Positions 55,016 to 64,000 of a DNA stretch of 64,000 bases are shown in pieces. The notes under the pieces were generated by a model. It was not told the origin of the DNA. It worked only from the letters and a program-made list of their open reading frames with translations, and searched no databases. Position 1 is the first letter of the stretch. The number at the start of each line of letters is the position of its first letter. The stretch is from an uncultured Verrucomicrobiota bacterium. GTDB taxonomy: Bacteria; Verrucomicrobiota; Verrucomicrobiia; Limisphaerales; JAYPEY01. The stretch is from NCBI GenBank assembly GCA_964519245.1, contig CAZFLK010000010.1:2612-66611 (forward strand). The letters run 5' to 3'. The translations under genes and the position numbers were made by a program.

Positions 55016-55975
55016 CTATTCCTCCGCCGCCTTGCGCAGCATGTCGATCTGCCGCACCAGGTTGTCGACCTGCGCTTCCAGTAACTGGATGCGTTCCTCC
55101 GCGCCCTGGAAGGTCTTCAGCAGGGTGAGTCCGAGATCGGTGAGTTCGTAGGGGACCTTCTCGCCGTTGTCATCCTTTTGCGTGAGCAGGTCCACCAACG
55201 GCCCGAGACTGGACTTGCCCTCCTTGGGCTTGGCCGCGGCGATGCGCACATCGAGCATGTCATTGTACAGCTTCACCAAGGCGTCGAGCAGCTTGAGGCA
55301 TTCCGCGTGATCCAGCGTCAGCGGATCGGTCGCCTTCTGCCCGGGGCGGCGTTGCCCGCCGGTCTCCCCCAGCCCCTTCGCCTTGTCCGCGGCATCCGGG
55401 ATCTCCGTGCTCAGCATGCGGCTCCGACCGTCCGCGGTGACCATGACATTGCGCTTCGCCATCACCTGCAGAAAGGCGCCGATGACGCTGTAGTGCGTGG
55501 CCGAAGCGTCTCCCGGCGGAAGCGGGACGACCTTGCCGCCCTCCATCCGGGCGCAGATGACCTGCTTGCCGGCTTCATCGCGGCCTTTCACCCACCGTTC
55601 GCCGTCGCCGATGATCTCGCGAACCTCCTCGGTCAACTTGATCTTGAACTCCGTGGACAGCGAGGCGACCTGCTCCTCCTCGGGCGGCGCCAAGGCGAAA
55701 TCGGAAGGCGGCGGATCGGCCGTGTCCGGCGCCTCCTCCACTTCCGCCACCGCCGGGGCCGCGGGTTTCGCAGGGGCGGACTTGGCGGGAGCCGGAGACG
55801 GCTTGGGCTTTTCCGGCGTTTCGGCAGGCTTTTTCACTTCCTTCTCGACCGCGACCGGCGCCGGCACCTTGATCTTGCTGGAGCAATGCGGGCAATCGAT
55901 CTCCAGGCCGATATGCTCGGTTTCGGCGGCCATGCGGACGTCGCAGGACGGACAGTTGAACTTGAATGCGCTCAT
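55016..55975 (-). CDS. Hypothetical protein: N-terminal zinc ribbon, Pro/Ala/Lys-rich linker, unknown globular domain, C-terminal coiled coil
   Basis: MSAFKFNCPSCDVRMAAETEHIGLEIDCPHCSSKIKVP (CxxC...CxxC), a PEKPKPSPAPAKSAPAKPAAP linker, and a C-terminal heptad-like LLEAQVDNLVRQIDMLRKAAEE. Confidence 0.6.
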   Translation of the reverse strand: MSAFKFNCPSCDVRMAAETEHIGLEIDCPHCSSKIKVPAPVAVEKEVKKPAETPEKPKPSPAPAKSAPAKPAAPAVAEVEEAPDTADPPPSDFALAPPEEEQVASLSTEFKIKLTEEVREIIGDGERWVKGRDEAGKQVICARMEGGKVVPLPPGDASATHYSVIGAFLQVMAKRNVMVTADGRSRMLSTEIPDAADKAKGLGETGGQRRPGQKATDPLTLDHAECLKLLDALVKLYNDMLDVRIAAAKPKEGKSSLGPLVDLLTQKDDNGEKVPYELTDLGLTLLKTFQGAEERIQLLEAQVDNLVRQIDMLRKAAEE

Positions 55976-56016
55976 GACAACGTGGGAACTACGGTTTCAG
56001 TTTTGAGTTGAAAGAA

Positions 56017-57678
56017 CTATTCGAGGGCATCGGCGGCTTGGGACAAACAGGAGGTCAGAAACGGGAGCAATTGCTTCTTCCGCGAAACGATGCCATGAAA
56101 ATCGTAGATGCCCGGCTCCAATTCGGGATACTTGATCTGGTTGATCAGCCCCGGGTCGCCCACGATGACGAGCAATGAGTTCTGCTTGGTCACATCCGTC
56201 ACCAGCAGCGCCGAGAAGAAATAGCTGTTGGCGGAACGATATCGCTCCAAGGCCTCGACCACCTCGGTCTTGCGCTGCTTGAAATGATCGAACCCGATCT
56301 CCTCGATCTGCGCCACGCTGAACCTTGTGCCCGCTTCCTCGTAGGGCTTGCAGTCCGTGGTGATCGCTTCGTCGGCCGGCTTGGAAATCAACACGGACCC
56401 CGACGCGAACAACTGCTCGGTGAAACGCGTGGCGTCCACTTCCGCAATGCTTTCCAATCGTTTGAGAATCTCCGCGTCCCGATCCGTCGCGGTCGGGGAG
56501 GTCAGGTTCAAGGTGTCGGTCACCAACCCCGCCAACAACAAGCCCGCAATCTTCTTGGGCAACTCCACGTTGTGCCGGAAGAAACAGTCCGCGACGATGG
56601 AACTGGTGCTGCCCATGGGCTCGTTGCGGAACAGGATCGGTTGCGCGGTTGTCAACGCCCCGATGCGGTGATGGTCGATCACTTCGATGATGTCGACCTT
56701 GTCGGCTCCCTTCACCGCCTGAGACAACTCGTTGTGATCCACCAGGATGAGCTTGCGGTCGACCGACTTCAGGAAGTCCGACTTGGAAAGCGCGCCGACC
56801 ACCCGCTTGTTCTTGTCCACCACCGTGAAGGTGGAGGCCGCCGTGGCGGAGGCGCTGACCCGGGCCTTGTCCAACCGCTCGTCCTGGTCGAACGCGACAT
56901 AATCCTGCAGCAGGACGTGTTTGACCGGCGTGGCGGCGCGGCAGAGGCCCGCCGTCGTGGCCGTGTCGTGCGGCGAACTGATGACGGCGACCCCGTTCTC
57001 CTTGGCGGCGTCGAGCGTCTTGTCCTCCAGTTTCAGGCCGCCGGTGATGACCAGCGCGCGAACTTTCTCGCGAATGGCAAGATTCTGGACGTCCCATCGA
57101 TCGCCAACGATGACCACCACGCTGGAGGGATCGCGTTGGGCCATCCGTTGCCCGAAGGCCTCGACGCTCATGGCGCCAATCACCATGACCAACTCCTCCT
57201 CGTCCATCGGCCGCACGCCAAACTCAAAGGAGCCGCCCAAGGTTTGCGCCAAGCCGCCCAACGAAGTCAGCAGGCGGCGGGAATCCGCCTTGTCGCCGGT
57301 AGCCGGAAACACGGTCCGCCCGATCTTGAACAAGGAGATGATCCCCGCGCAGGTGCGGTTCGGATTGAACACGGGAAGCACCCGCAGGTTGCCCGCATCC
57401 ATCATTGCCATGGCCTGCGCGATCGTGGTGTCGGGCTCCACGGAGACGACGTTCGTCTGCATGACATCGCTCACCTTCGGCGAGACATCCGAGACAAATC
57501 GCGGCGGCGCGACGCCGAATGTCTCCAAGGTGAAGGCAATGCGATCGTTGATCTCCCCGCAGCGCGCGGCCACAGCGTCCATCATGCCCGTGCGGCGCTT
57601 GTATTCCGCGTAACCGATGGCCGAACAGATGGCGTCGTTGTCCGGATTCTTATGCCCGATGACCAGGATTTCACTCAT
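56017..57678 (-). CDS. CBS-domain-containing family II (DHH) inorganic pyrophosphatase
   Basis: The ATG at 57678 gives MSEILVIGHKNPDNDAICSAIGYAEY (DHH motif I-II). A CBS pair and a DRTGG-like insert follow (VVIVGDRWDVQNLAIREKVRALVITGG). Then LVDHNE, VIDHHR and a DHHA2 tail. Confidence 0.85.
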   Translation of the reverse strand: MSEILVIGHKNPDNDAICSAIGYAEYKRRTGMMDAVAARCGEINDRIAFTLETFGVAPPRFVSDVSPKVSDVMQTNVVSVEPDTTIAQAMAMMDAGNLRVLPVFNPNRTCAGIISLFKIGRTVFPATGDKADSRRLLTSLGGLAQTLGGSFEFGVRPMDEEELVMVIGAMSVEAFGQRMAQRDPSSVVVIVGDRWDVQNLAIREKVRALVITGGLKLEDKTLDAAKENGVAVISSPHDTATTAGLCRAATPVKHVLLQDYVAFDQDERLDKARVSASATAASTFTVVDKNKRVVGALSKSDFLKSVDRKLILVDHNELSQAVKGADKVDIIEVIDHHRIGALTTAQPILFRNEPMGSTSSIVADCFFRHNVELPKKIAGLLLAGLVTDTLNLTSPTATDRDAEILKRLESIAEVDATRFTEQLFASGSVLISKPADEAITTDCKPYEEAGTRFSVAQIEEIGFDHFKQRKTEVVEALERYRSANSYFFSALLVTDVTKQNSLLVIVGDPGLINQIKYPELEPGIYDFHGIVSRKKQLLPFLTSCLSQAADALE

Positions 57679-57885
57679 TAGATTGGGCGACAGGTGATAC
57701 CCCCAGCCGGCTGCGGGGGCAAGTTTGTTGCGGCAAAACGTGCTGCGTTCCGCGTGTTGGCGTGCTCGACCAACCTGCCCCCGGCCCGGATCACGCGACC
57801 GGCGCCCCGTCCCCCAAAAAAGCCCCGCCAACCTTACGATTGGCGGGGCCTTGAAAACGAGGCCGGCCGGAGGCGGCCTGACGGA

Positions 57886-59976
57886 TCACTTGTTCTTCGC
57901 TTCCTTGGCCTTCTGATACTCGGCGACAATCTCGTCGGAAATGTTCTTGGGGCACTCGGAGTAGTGCGAGAACTCCATGGAGAACTGCCCGCGTCCCGAG
58001 GTCATCGTGCGCAAGTCGCCGATATAGCCAAACATCTCGCTCAACGGGGCGTCCGCCTTGATGCGAACGCCGGTGGCGACCGGCTCCTGCGACTTGATCA
58101 TGCCACGACGACGGCTGACATCGCCAATCACATCGCCGACGTTGTCCTCGGGCGTGAAGACATCCAGCTTCATGATCGGTTCCAGCAGATAGGCGCCGGC
58201 CTTGGGGATCGACTGGCGGTAGGCCGCGCGGGCGGCCAACTCGAACGCCATGGCCGACGAGTCAACCACGTGGTAGCCGCCATCCCGCAGGGTAACCTTG
58301 AAGTCCAGGCAGGGAAACTCAGCGAGAACGCCCTTCTCGGACGAATTCCTGAAGCCGTTTTCAATCGCGTTCCAGTATTCGCGGGGCACGTTGCCGCCGG
58401 TGACGACCGATTCGAACTCGAAGCCGGAACCCGGCTCCAAGGGCTCGATCGTGTAGTCGATCTTGCCATACTGACCGGAACCGCCGGACTGCTTCTTGTG
58501 GGTGTAGGAATCGTCGATCTTGTTGCGGACGGTCTCCCGGTAGGCCACCTGCGGCTTGCCCGTTTGGACGTCCACCTTGTAGGTGCGCTTGAGGATGTCC
58601 ACCTTGATGTCCAGGTGAAGCTCGCCCATGCCCTTGATGATCGTCTCCTTGCTGTCCGGGTCCGTTTCGACGCGGAAGGAAGGATCTTCCTTCATCATCT
58701 TGGCCAACGCCTCGCCCATCTTGTCGACCGCGCCCTTCTCGGCGGGTTCGATCTTCATCGAGATGACCGGGTCCGGGAAGACCATCGGCTCGAGCGTGGC
58801 CGGATTCTTCGGATCGCAAAGCGTGTGACCCGTCTGGCAGTTCTTGAGACCGACCAACGCAACGATGTCGCCAGCCTGCGCGCTTTCCAACTCCTCGCGG
58901 GAATCAGCGTGCATTTCCACAATGCGACCCACGCGCTCTTCCTTGCCGGTGAAGGTGTTGAGCAGGTTCTGTCCCTTCTCAATCTTGCCGGAGTAAACAC
59001 GGGTGAAGGTCAGGGCGCCAAAACGATCGTCCATGATCTTGAACGCCAGCGCGCGGCAAGGACGCTCCGGATCAACGACGGCAAACTCGCCGGTCTCATT
59101 GCCTTCCAAGTCGACTTCCGGCTGCGGGTTGACCTCGGTCGGGTTCGGGAGGTAGTCGACAACCGCGTCCAGCACGAGCTGCACGCCCTTGTTCTTGAAA
59201 GAGGAGCCGCAATAGGTCGGGAAGAAGTCCAGCGCGATCGTGCCCTTGCGAATGCAACGCTTCAGGGTCTCGTCATCCGGCTCCTCGCCCTCGAGGTATT
59301 TCTCCATGACCTCATCATCCTGCTCGACAGCAGTCTCGATGAGGGCGGCGCGATACTCCTCGACCTTGTCCGCCATATCGGCCGGCACGTCCTGGATCTC
59401 GTAGTTCTGGGGTTCGCCGGAATCGTCCCACACCCAGGCCTTGCGGGTGATCAGGTCGACCACGCCCGTGAAATTCTCGTAGTTGCCGATCGGCAACACC
59501 ATGACCAGCGGCTTGGCGGCCAGGACATTCTTCACTTGGTCCACAACGCTGTAGAAGTCCGCGCCGACACGGTCAAGCTTGTTGACGTAGATGACGCGGG
59601 CGACCTTGGAGTCATTGGCGTAACGCCAGTTCGTCTCGGATTGGGGCTCCACGCCGCCGGAGCCGCAGAAGACGCCAATGCCGCCGTCGAGAACCTTCAA
59701 CGAACGGTAGACCTCGATGGTGAAGTCAACGTGCCCGGGGGTGTCGATGATGTTAAAGCGGTGTTCTTTCCAGAAACAGGTCGTGGCCGCGGATTGAATG
59801 GTAATGCCGCGCTCCTGCTCCTGATCCATGAAGTCGGTGGTTGCGGCGCCGTCATGCACCTCGCCGATCTTGTGGATTTTGCCGGTCAGCTTCAGGATGC
59901 GCTCGGTCGTCGTCGTTTTGCCGGCGTCCACGTGCGCAAAAATGCCGATATTCCGGTATTTCGTCAGGTCTGTCAT
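57886..59976 (-). CDS. fusA: Elongation factor G (stand-alone, EF-G2-like sequence type)
   Basis: [40 protein letters not shown]. Full five-domain length of 696 aa. Not adjacent to rpsL/rpsG/tuf. Confidence 0.97.
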   Translation of the reverse strand: MTDLTKYRNIGIFAHVDAGKTTTTERILKLTGKIHKIGEVHDGAATTDFMDQEQERGITIQSAATTCFWKEHRFNIIDTPGHVDFTIEVYRSLKVLDGGIGVFCGSGGVEPQSETNWRYANDSKVARVIYVNKLDRVGADFYSVVDQVKNVLAAKPLVMVLPIGNYENFTGVVDLITRKAWVWDDSGEPQNYEIQDVPADMADKVEEYRAALIETAVEQDDEVMEKYLEGEEPDDETLKRCIRKGTIALDFFPTYCGSSFKNKGVQLVLDAVVDYLPNPTEVNPQPEVDLEGNETGEFAVVDPERPCRALAFKIMDDRFGALTFTRVYSGKIEKGQNLLNTFTGKEERVGRIVEMHADSREELESAQAGDIVALVGLKNCQTGHTLCDPKNPATLEPMVFPDPVISMKIEPAEKGAVDKMGEALAKMMKEDPSFRVETDPDSKETIIKGMGELHLDIKVDILKRTYKVDVQTGKPQVAYRETVRNKIDDSYTHKKQSGGSGQYGKIDYTIEPLEPGSGFEFESVVTGGNVPREYWNAIENGFRNSSEKGVLAEFPCLDFKVTLRDGGYHVVDSSAMAFELAARAAYRQSIPKAGAYLLEPIMKLDVFTPEDNVGDVIGDVSRRRGMIKSQEPVATGVRIKADAPLSEMFGYIGDLRTMTSGRGQFSMEFSHYSECPKNISDEIVAEYQKAKEAKNK

Positions 59977-60239
59977 AGTGTGTTAACTTCGTTGCCCTCC
60001 CGGCCAATTCCGAAAGGGAAAGCGGATACAACTAGAGATTTTATCCACCCATTCAAGTCTTGTTTGCGGTTTTTTTCCGCCGGTTCAACCGATCGACACA
60101 GCCCGGATTGCCGGGACCCGTTCGCAAATCTTGCCAATTCAAGGCGATTCGGCGAATTCCCCGCCAGGCAATGCGACCAAATCCCGATCGCAGCCAGTTG
60201 CGAAAATGGGGGCCGTGCACGGCGCAGGCAGCCCAGCAG

Positions 60240-61028
60240 TCACTTGCCCGGACCAAAAAACGAGGGAAACGCCTCCCGCGAGGCGGCGAGTCCGCGGACG
60301 AAGCAATCGATGTCGCCCGCCAGGCTGAATAGTCGGCAGCCAAGTTCACGACAATTCATGGCGAACGCCTCGGTCTTGGCCAACGCTCCCCAAGGTATGC
60401 GCGCAGCCTTGGCGGCGGCGGCAATCCGCTCAATTGCCGCCGTTACGACCGGAGCCCCGGGATCGCCCGGCTTGCCCAGGTTATTGCAAAGATCCGAGGG
60501 GCCGACGAACAGGCAGTCAACGCCAGTCACGGCAGCAATCTCCTCGACGCAGTCCAGCGCCTCGGCGGTTTCGATCTGGATCACGACCCAACGATCGCGG
60601 TTGGCGTCGGCGACATGCTGCGAGATCGGCTTGCCCCCAAAGCGAGCTTCGAAACTGCCAACGTAAAGACCGCGCTCTCCCTGGGGCGGATACTTGGCCC
60701 AGCGCACCGCCCGACCGACCTCCTCGACGCTTCTGACCTGCGCGATCATCACGCCGCTGGCGCCGCCCTCCATAGGACGCATGACCGTCGAATAATCCGT
60801 CGGCGCCACCCGCGCGAAGGAATCCAATCCGGCGGCGCGGCAGGCCATGAGCAGGAGTTCGAGATCCTGATTCGGCAGGCCGGAATGCTCCTGGTCGACC
60901 CAGACGCCGTCGAAACCGCCCGTCATCCCGACAATCTCGATCAGCTTGGGATTCGGGACGCCGCCCGATAGCATCACGCGAACCTCGCGACCTTCCGACA
61001 ACTTCTGCTTGAGCGTCTTGATGCCCAT
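60240..61028 (-). CDS. HpcH/HpaI-family aldolase (2-keto-3-deoxy-sugar-acid aldolase type)
   Basis: MGIKTLKQKLSEGREVRVML...GFDGVWVDQEHSG..., IQIETAEAL, LFVGPSDL are HpcH/HpaI blocks. The ATG at 61028 is preferred over the GTG at 61061. Confidence 0.85.
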   Translation of the reverse strand: MGIKTLKQKLSEGREVRVMLSGGVPNPKLIEIVGMTGGFDGVWVDQEHSGLPNQDLELLLMACRAAGLDSFARVAPTDYSTVMRPMEGGASGVMIAQVRSVEEVGRAVRWAKYPPQGERGLYVGSFEARFGGKPISQHVADANRDRWVVIQIETAEALDCVEEIAAVTGVDCLFVGPSDLCNNLGKPGDPGAPVVTAAIERIAAAAKAARIPWGALAKTEAFAMNCRELGCRLFSLAGDIDCFVRGLAASREAFPSFFGPGK

Positions 61029-61061
61029 GCCGTCCCGTCGTTCAACAAGCTTTGTTCCCAC

Positions 61062-61859
61062 TCAACGCCCGCCGTTCGAAGCGTGGCTCAGGAACCACTC
61101 ATAGAGCTTGGGATTGTCGTAAGTCTCCGTCCAGGAATCATGGTTGGCCTCGGGATAGACGGTCAGTTTCACATCCTGATTGCCGATCGACTTGAAGGCC
61201 TCGATCATGCGCTCGGACTCACTCAAGGGAACAACCGAGTCCTTGGCTCCATGGAAGGCCCAAACAGGCAATGTCTTCAATGGGTGCCCTTCGACCCGCC
61301 GGGCGAGGCGGACATCGATGGTGTTCCCGCCGCCGCATATGGGGGCGATCGCGGCAAATCTTTCCGGATGGGCCGCGCCAAGCTCCCAACTGCCATAGCC
61401 GCCCATGCTCAGCCCGGTCAAGTAGACCCGCTTGGGATCGACCTTGTGATCGCCCGTCACGTTGTCCAGCAACGCCAGCAACTCATCGGCGTGCCAACGC
61501 CCACCGGCCGGGGTTTGAGGCGCGATGACGATGAAGGGAAACTTGGGATCCCGCTTCGCCAACTTGGGCGGTCCGTGGACCAGGACCTTCTCCAGTTCAT
61601 CTCCCCGCTCACCCGCCCCGTGGAGAAACAGGATCGTGGGCCAAAGCTTGGAGGCCTTGGCGTCATAGCCCTCAGGCAGATGCAGGAGGTAATTGAGTTT
61701 GGTGACCGCCGGACGCGTCGTCCGGAACTGGTAGGCCGAGAAGGTCTGGCTGGCTTGCGTGTTCGCCTTGGCGGCCCCGACCTTGCCAGAGCCGGACTCG
61801 GCGGCGACCGCGGACACCGCCGCCAGGAACATCAAGAGGACTGTGGTCATTCGCTTCAT
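61062..61859 (-). CDS. Secreted alpha/beta-hydrolase (carboxylesterase / prolyl-oligopeptidase-type esterase)
   Basis: Signal peptide MKRMTTVLLMFLAAVSAVAA, LFLHGAGERG, nucleophile elbow GLSMGG, and a late HGAKD...NHD catalytic Asp/His region. Confidence 0.8.
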   Translation of the reverse strand: MKRMTTVLLMFLAAVSAVAAESGSGKVGAAKANTQASQTFSAYQFRTTRPAVTKLNYLLHLPEGYDAKASKLWPTILFLHGAGERGDELEKVLVHGPPKLAKRDPKFPFIVIAPQTPAGGRWHADELLALLDNVTGDHKVDPKRVYLTGLSMGGYGSWELGAAHPERFAAIAPICGGGNTIDVRLARRVEGHPLKTLPVWAFHGAKDSVVPLSESERMIEAFKSIGNQDVKLTVYPEANHDSWTETYDNPKLYEWFLSHASNGGR

Positions 61860-61892
61860 GGCCCGCGATTCCGGCCGAAGTATCCCGTCGCG

Positions 61893-63143
61893 TCAACAGA
61901 TTTTCCACAGGGCCAACCCGGCAAACGCCAGCAGGACCCGATAAGAAACCCTACCGAGGGCGGCGACCGCGCGCCCCGGACGGAGGGGAATCCCGCCCAC
62001 CGGACCGCGCACAAGCAACAACCCGAGCAACCAGCCGGTCACAATGCCGCCCACGTGAGCGCCATTGTCGACCAACCGGTGTAGAACCGCCCCCAATGCC
62101 AGGATGAACGCGACGTCAAACGTCAGCAACCGATGAAACCCTGTCGGCATGATGCCGAGCCGTCGACGCCCAATCGCCGCCAGGAAACCAAGCAATCCGA
62201 GAATGGCGCCGGAGAAACCGACGGACGCCACGTCAGGCAGCAAGACCTGGCTGCAGACGCTCCCGACGACGGCGGACGCCAACAAAACCAGCGCCAGCAG
62301 CTTCTCCCCCGCGAGCCGCTCGGTCAACCGCCCCAAGGCAAACAGGGCCACGGTGTTGACCAGGAGATGCGTCCACCCGCCATGCAGCAGCGTTCCGGTC
62401 AGCAACCGCCAATACTCGCCATCACGAACGGCCTGCTTGACCAGACCGGCATCTCGAATCGACGCGTCCAGCAGCGGAGCCGTCGCCCACTGCATGCCTC
62501 CGATGACCAACATGACAATACAAAGCGCCCATGTCGTCGGGGCGCGATCCCGGTTGATCCACTCCTGGAATCGCGTGGTTCGCCCAGACTCCCTCACCCG
62601 GGCTGCATCCCACCTGCGCGCCGTCAGCAGGGTCAGAACGCCCCGGATCGAGGGAATCACCCCGAAGATCAATGCCATGCAGAACATGCCCATCTCCAGG
62701 TCCCCGGGCTCGAAATCTTCCGCTCGACTCGACTGCCACAGCAATCCCGGCCAAAGAACCACGTGAATCAAGGCCCGCTTCAGGCCCGACTTCGCCTCGC
62801 GCCTCCGACGCGCCAGGAAGGCCTCCGCCAAGAAACCGACATCCCGGATGTTCTGGACGTAGGGACTCTCCGCCGTCCAGACGAAGTTCACCGCCGGGGC
62901 CTGCAGATCCGAACAGCGCGCCAACAATTCCTCCCGGTCACACGCCACCGGAACCAAACGACGTTGTCTGCCCTTCCCTCGGCGCTCAAAAAAGCCGTAA
63001 TCCCCCAACCACGGTTTGCCCCCCAGAAAATCCGCCCGATCCCACGGGAACGTCTCGGAATCTTCGGGCTGCGGATCGTAAACCATCGCGCGCAGCATCG
63101 CACGATCCATGGGGCCAGAGCAATACCCGGCGGCGCTCGCCAA
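61893..63143 (-). CDS. Rhomboid-family intramembrane serine protease with N-terminal cytoplasmic extension
   Basis: LLHGGWTHLLVNTVALFALG (HxxxN), GFSGAILGLLG (GxSG), HVGGIVTGWLLG (catalytic His region). Confidence 0.85.
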   Translation of the reverse strand: MASAAGYCSGPMDRAMLRAMVYDPQPEDSETFPWDRADFLGGKPWLGDYGFFERRGKGRQRRLVPVACDREELLARCSDLQAPAVNFVWTAESPYVQNIRDVGFLAEAFLARRRREAKSGLKRALIHVVLWPGLLWQSSRAEDFEPGDLEMGMFCMALIFGVIPSIRGVLTLLTARRWDAARVRESGRTTRFQEWINRDRAPTTWALCIVMLVIGGMQWATAPLLDASIRDAGLVKQAVRDGEYWRLLTGTLLHGGWTHLLVNTVALFALGRLTERLAGEKLLALVLLASAVVGSVCSQVLLPDVASVGFSGAILGLLGFLAAIGRRRLGIMPTGFHRLLTFDVAFILALGAVLHRLVDNGAHVGGIVTGWLLGLLLVRGPVGGIPLRPGRAVAALGRVSYRVLLAFAGLALWKIC

Positions 63144-63182
63144 GGACTGAACAAAGGGAGAACCGGAATGCTCCGGCGCGGT

Positions 63183-63989
63183 TCAATCCATCGTCGGATA
63201 CGACCCCAGGACCTTCACCAGGCTGCAGTGTTCGGCGAGGGAGGCGAGGGCATTGGAGACCTTGCGGTCCTGTTCATGGCCGTCGATGTCCACGAAAAAG
63301 AAATACTCCCAGGCTTTCCGCTTGCTGGGCCGGGATTCGATCTTGGTCATGTTGATGCGACGACGACGAAAGGGCTCCAGGGCCTTGTGCAAGGCGCCTG
63401 CCTTGTGGGCGATGCTGAACATCACGCTGGTGCGGTCATCGCCGGACGGATCCGGTGATTTTCGCCCCAGGACAAGAAAGCGGGTCATATTGCCGGCGCT
63501 GTCCTGGATGCCTGACTCAATCACCTTGAGCTTGTAGATCTCGGCCGCCAATGAGCTGGCGATCGCGGCCGACGCTTTTTCTTTCGAGGCGTGCTCCGCG
63601 GCCCGGGTGGTGGAGGAGGACTCGACGATTTCCGCCTTGGGAAGATGCGTTTGAATCCAACCGCGGCACTGAGCCAGGGCCTGCGGGTGGCTGAACAGTT
63701 TCTTCACCCCGGAAAGCGTCGTCCGCCCGATGACACAGTGATTGATGGGCATCAAGGCCTGGGCCACGATCTTGAGATCGCTGTCGACAAACATGTCGAG
63801 CGTGTGCGTGACCACGCCTTCAGTGGAATTCTCGACCGGGACGACGCCGTAGTCCGCGCTCGCGCGTTCCACCTCGGCAAAGACATCCGCGATGGTCTTC
63901 TGCGGCGCATAATTCAGGCTGGCCCCGAAACGGGTCAGCGCAGCCTGGTGGGTGTAGGTCGCCCGGGGCCCGAGATAGGCGATCGTCAT
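63183..63989 (-). CDS. pheA: Prephenate dehydratase (PDT + ACT domains); may continue upstream as a chorismate mutase fusion beyond the window
   Basis: IAYLGPRATYTHQAA, the TRF motif (GNMTRFLVLG), and an ACT domain with ESRP (MTKIESRPSK). There is no stop codon in the 11 nt between the ATG at 63989 and the window end, so the true N-terminus is unresolved. Confidence 0.88.
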   Translation of the reverse strand: MTIAYLGPRATYTHQAALTRFGASLNYAPQKTIADVFAEVERASADYGVVPVENSTEGVVTHTLDMFVDSDLKIVAQALMPINHCVIGRTTLSGVKKLFSHPQALAQCRGWIQTHLPKAEIVESSSTTRAAEHASKEKASAAIASSLAAEIYKLKVIESGIQDSAGNMTRFLVLGRKSPDPSGDDRTSVMFSIAHKAGALHKALEPFRRRRINMTKIESRPSKRKAWEYFFFVDIDGHEQDRKVSNALASLAEHCSLVKVLGSYPTMD

Positions 63990-64000
63990 CGTCTTGTGCT

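Noticed and set aside
60066-60080. GCGG-T7-CCGC mini-hairpin upstream of fusA / downstream of the aldolase gene
   Set aside because: The stem is only 4 bp, and the T-run is the loop rather than a 3' tail. Not a credible intrinsic terminator.
57694-60666. 990-aa plus-strand ORF spanning the fusA region
   Set aside because: It is antisense to an unambiguous EF-G gene and part of the aldolase gene, with low-complexity Arg/Leu/Gly/Asp composition. Shadow ORF.

Overview
High-GC bacterial chromosomal segment, about 60-68% GC in most genes. The gene content points to the PVC superphylum, most likely Verrucomicrobiota: two PSCyt/DUF1549/DUF1553 + DUF1501 gene pairs, several sulfatases, DapL-type lysine synthesis, and giant secreted proteins ending in RFYRIRL. 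All calls come from reading the ORF translations and the DNA by eye. No HMM or BLAST search was run, so family names are motif-level recognitions. I support about 47 protein genes. Housekeeping genes include panC, dapL, rpsU, fusA, pheA, glycerate kinase, a NupC-type transporter, a DASS transporter, an M48 protease, a CBS-pyrophosphatase, a rhomboid protease and two sulfatases. I found no rRNA, tRNA, CRISPR array, transposase or integrase. The most interesting locus is a same-strand block on the minus strand (43384 down to 28874). It runs radical-SAM enzyme, flippase-like::GT2 fusion, PilM-PilN-PilO-PilP-like-secretin, and then two tandem giant paralogues (1043 and 1204 aa). Each giant combines an NHL propeller with cohesin-like, dockerin-like and cohesin-like modules. 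No pilin, ATPase or platform gene is present in the window, and an orphan sigma-54 response regulator lies convergent to the block. Other candidates are a tight DUF4956 - CotH(TM + beta-helix) - VTC operon, which may be a bacterial VTC-like polyphosphate module, and a lipoprotein fusing a CX5R phosphatase-like domain to a C-terminal CxxCH helical domain directly upstream of NnrS. Smaller observations include heptanucleotide tandem repeats on both sides of the DASS transporter gene, a stand-alone DHp-like 83-aa protein, a possible unannotated ORF upstream of dapL, and a lower-GC domain covering about 25.2-40.4 kb.
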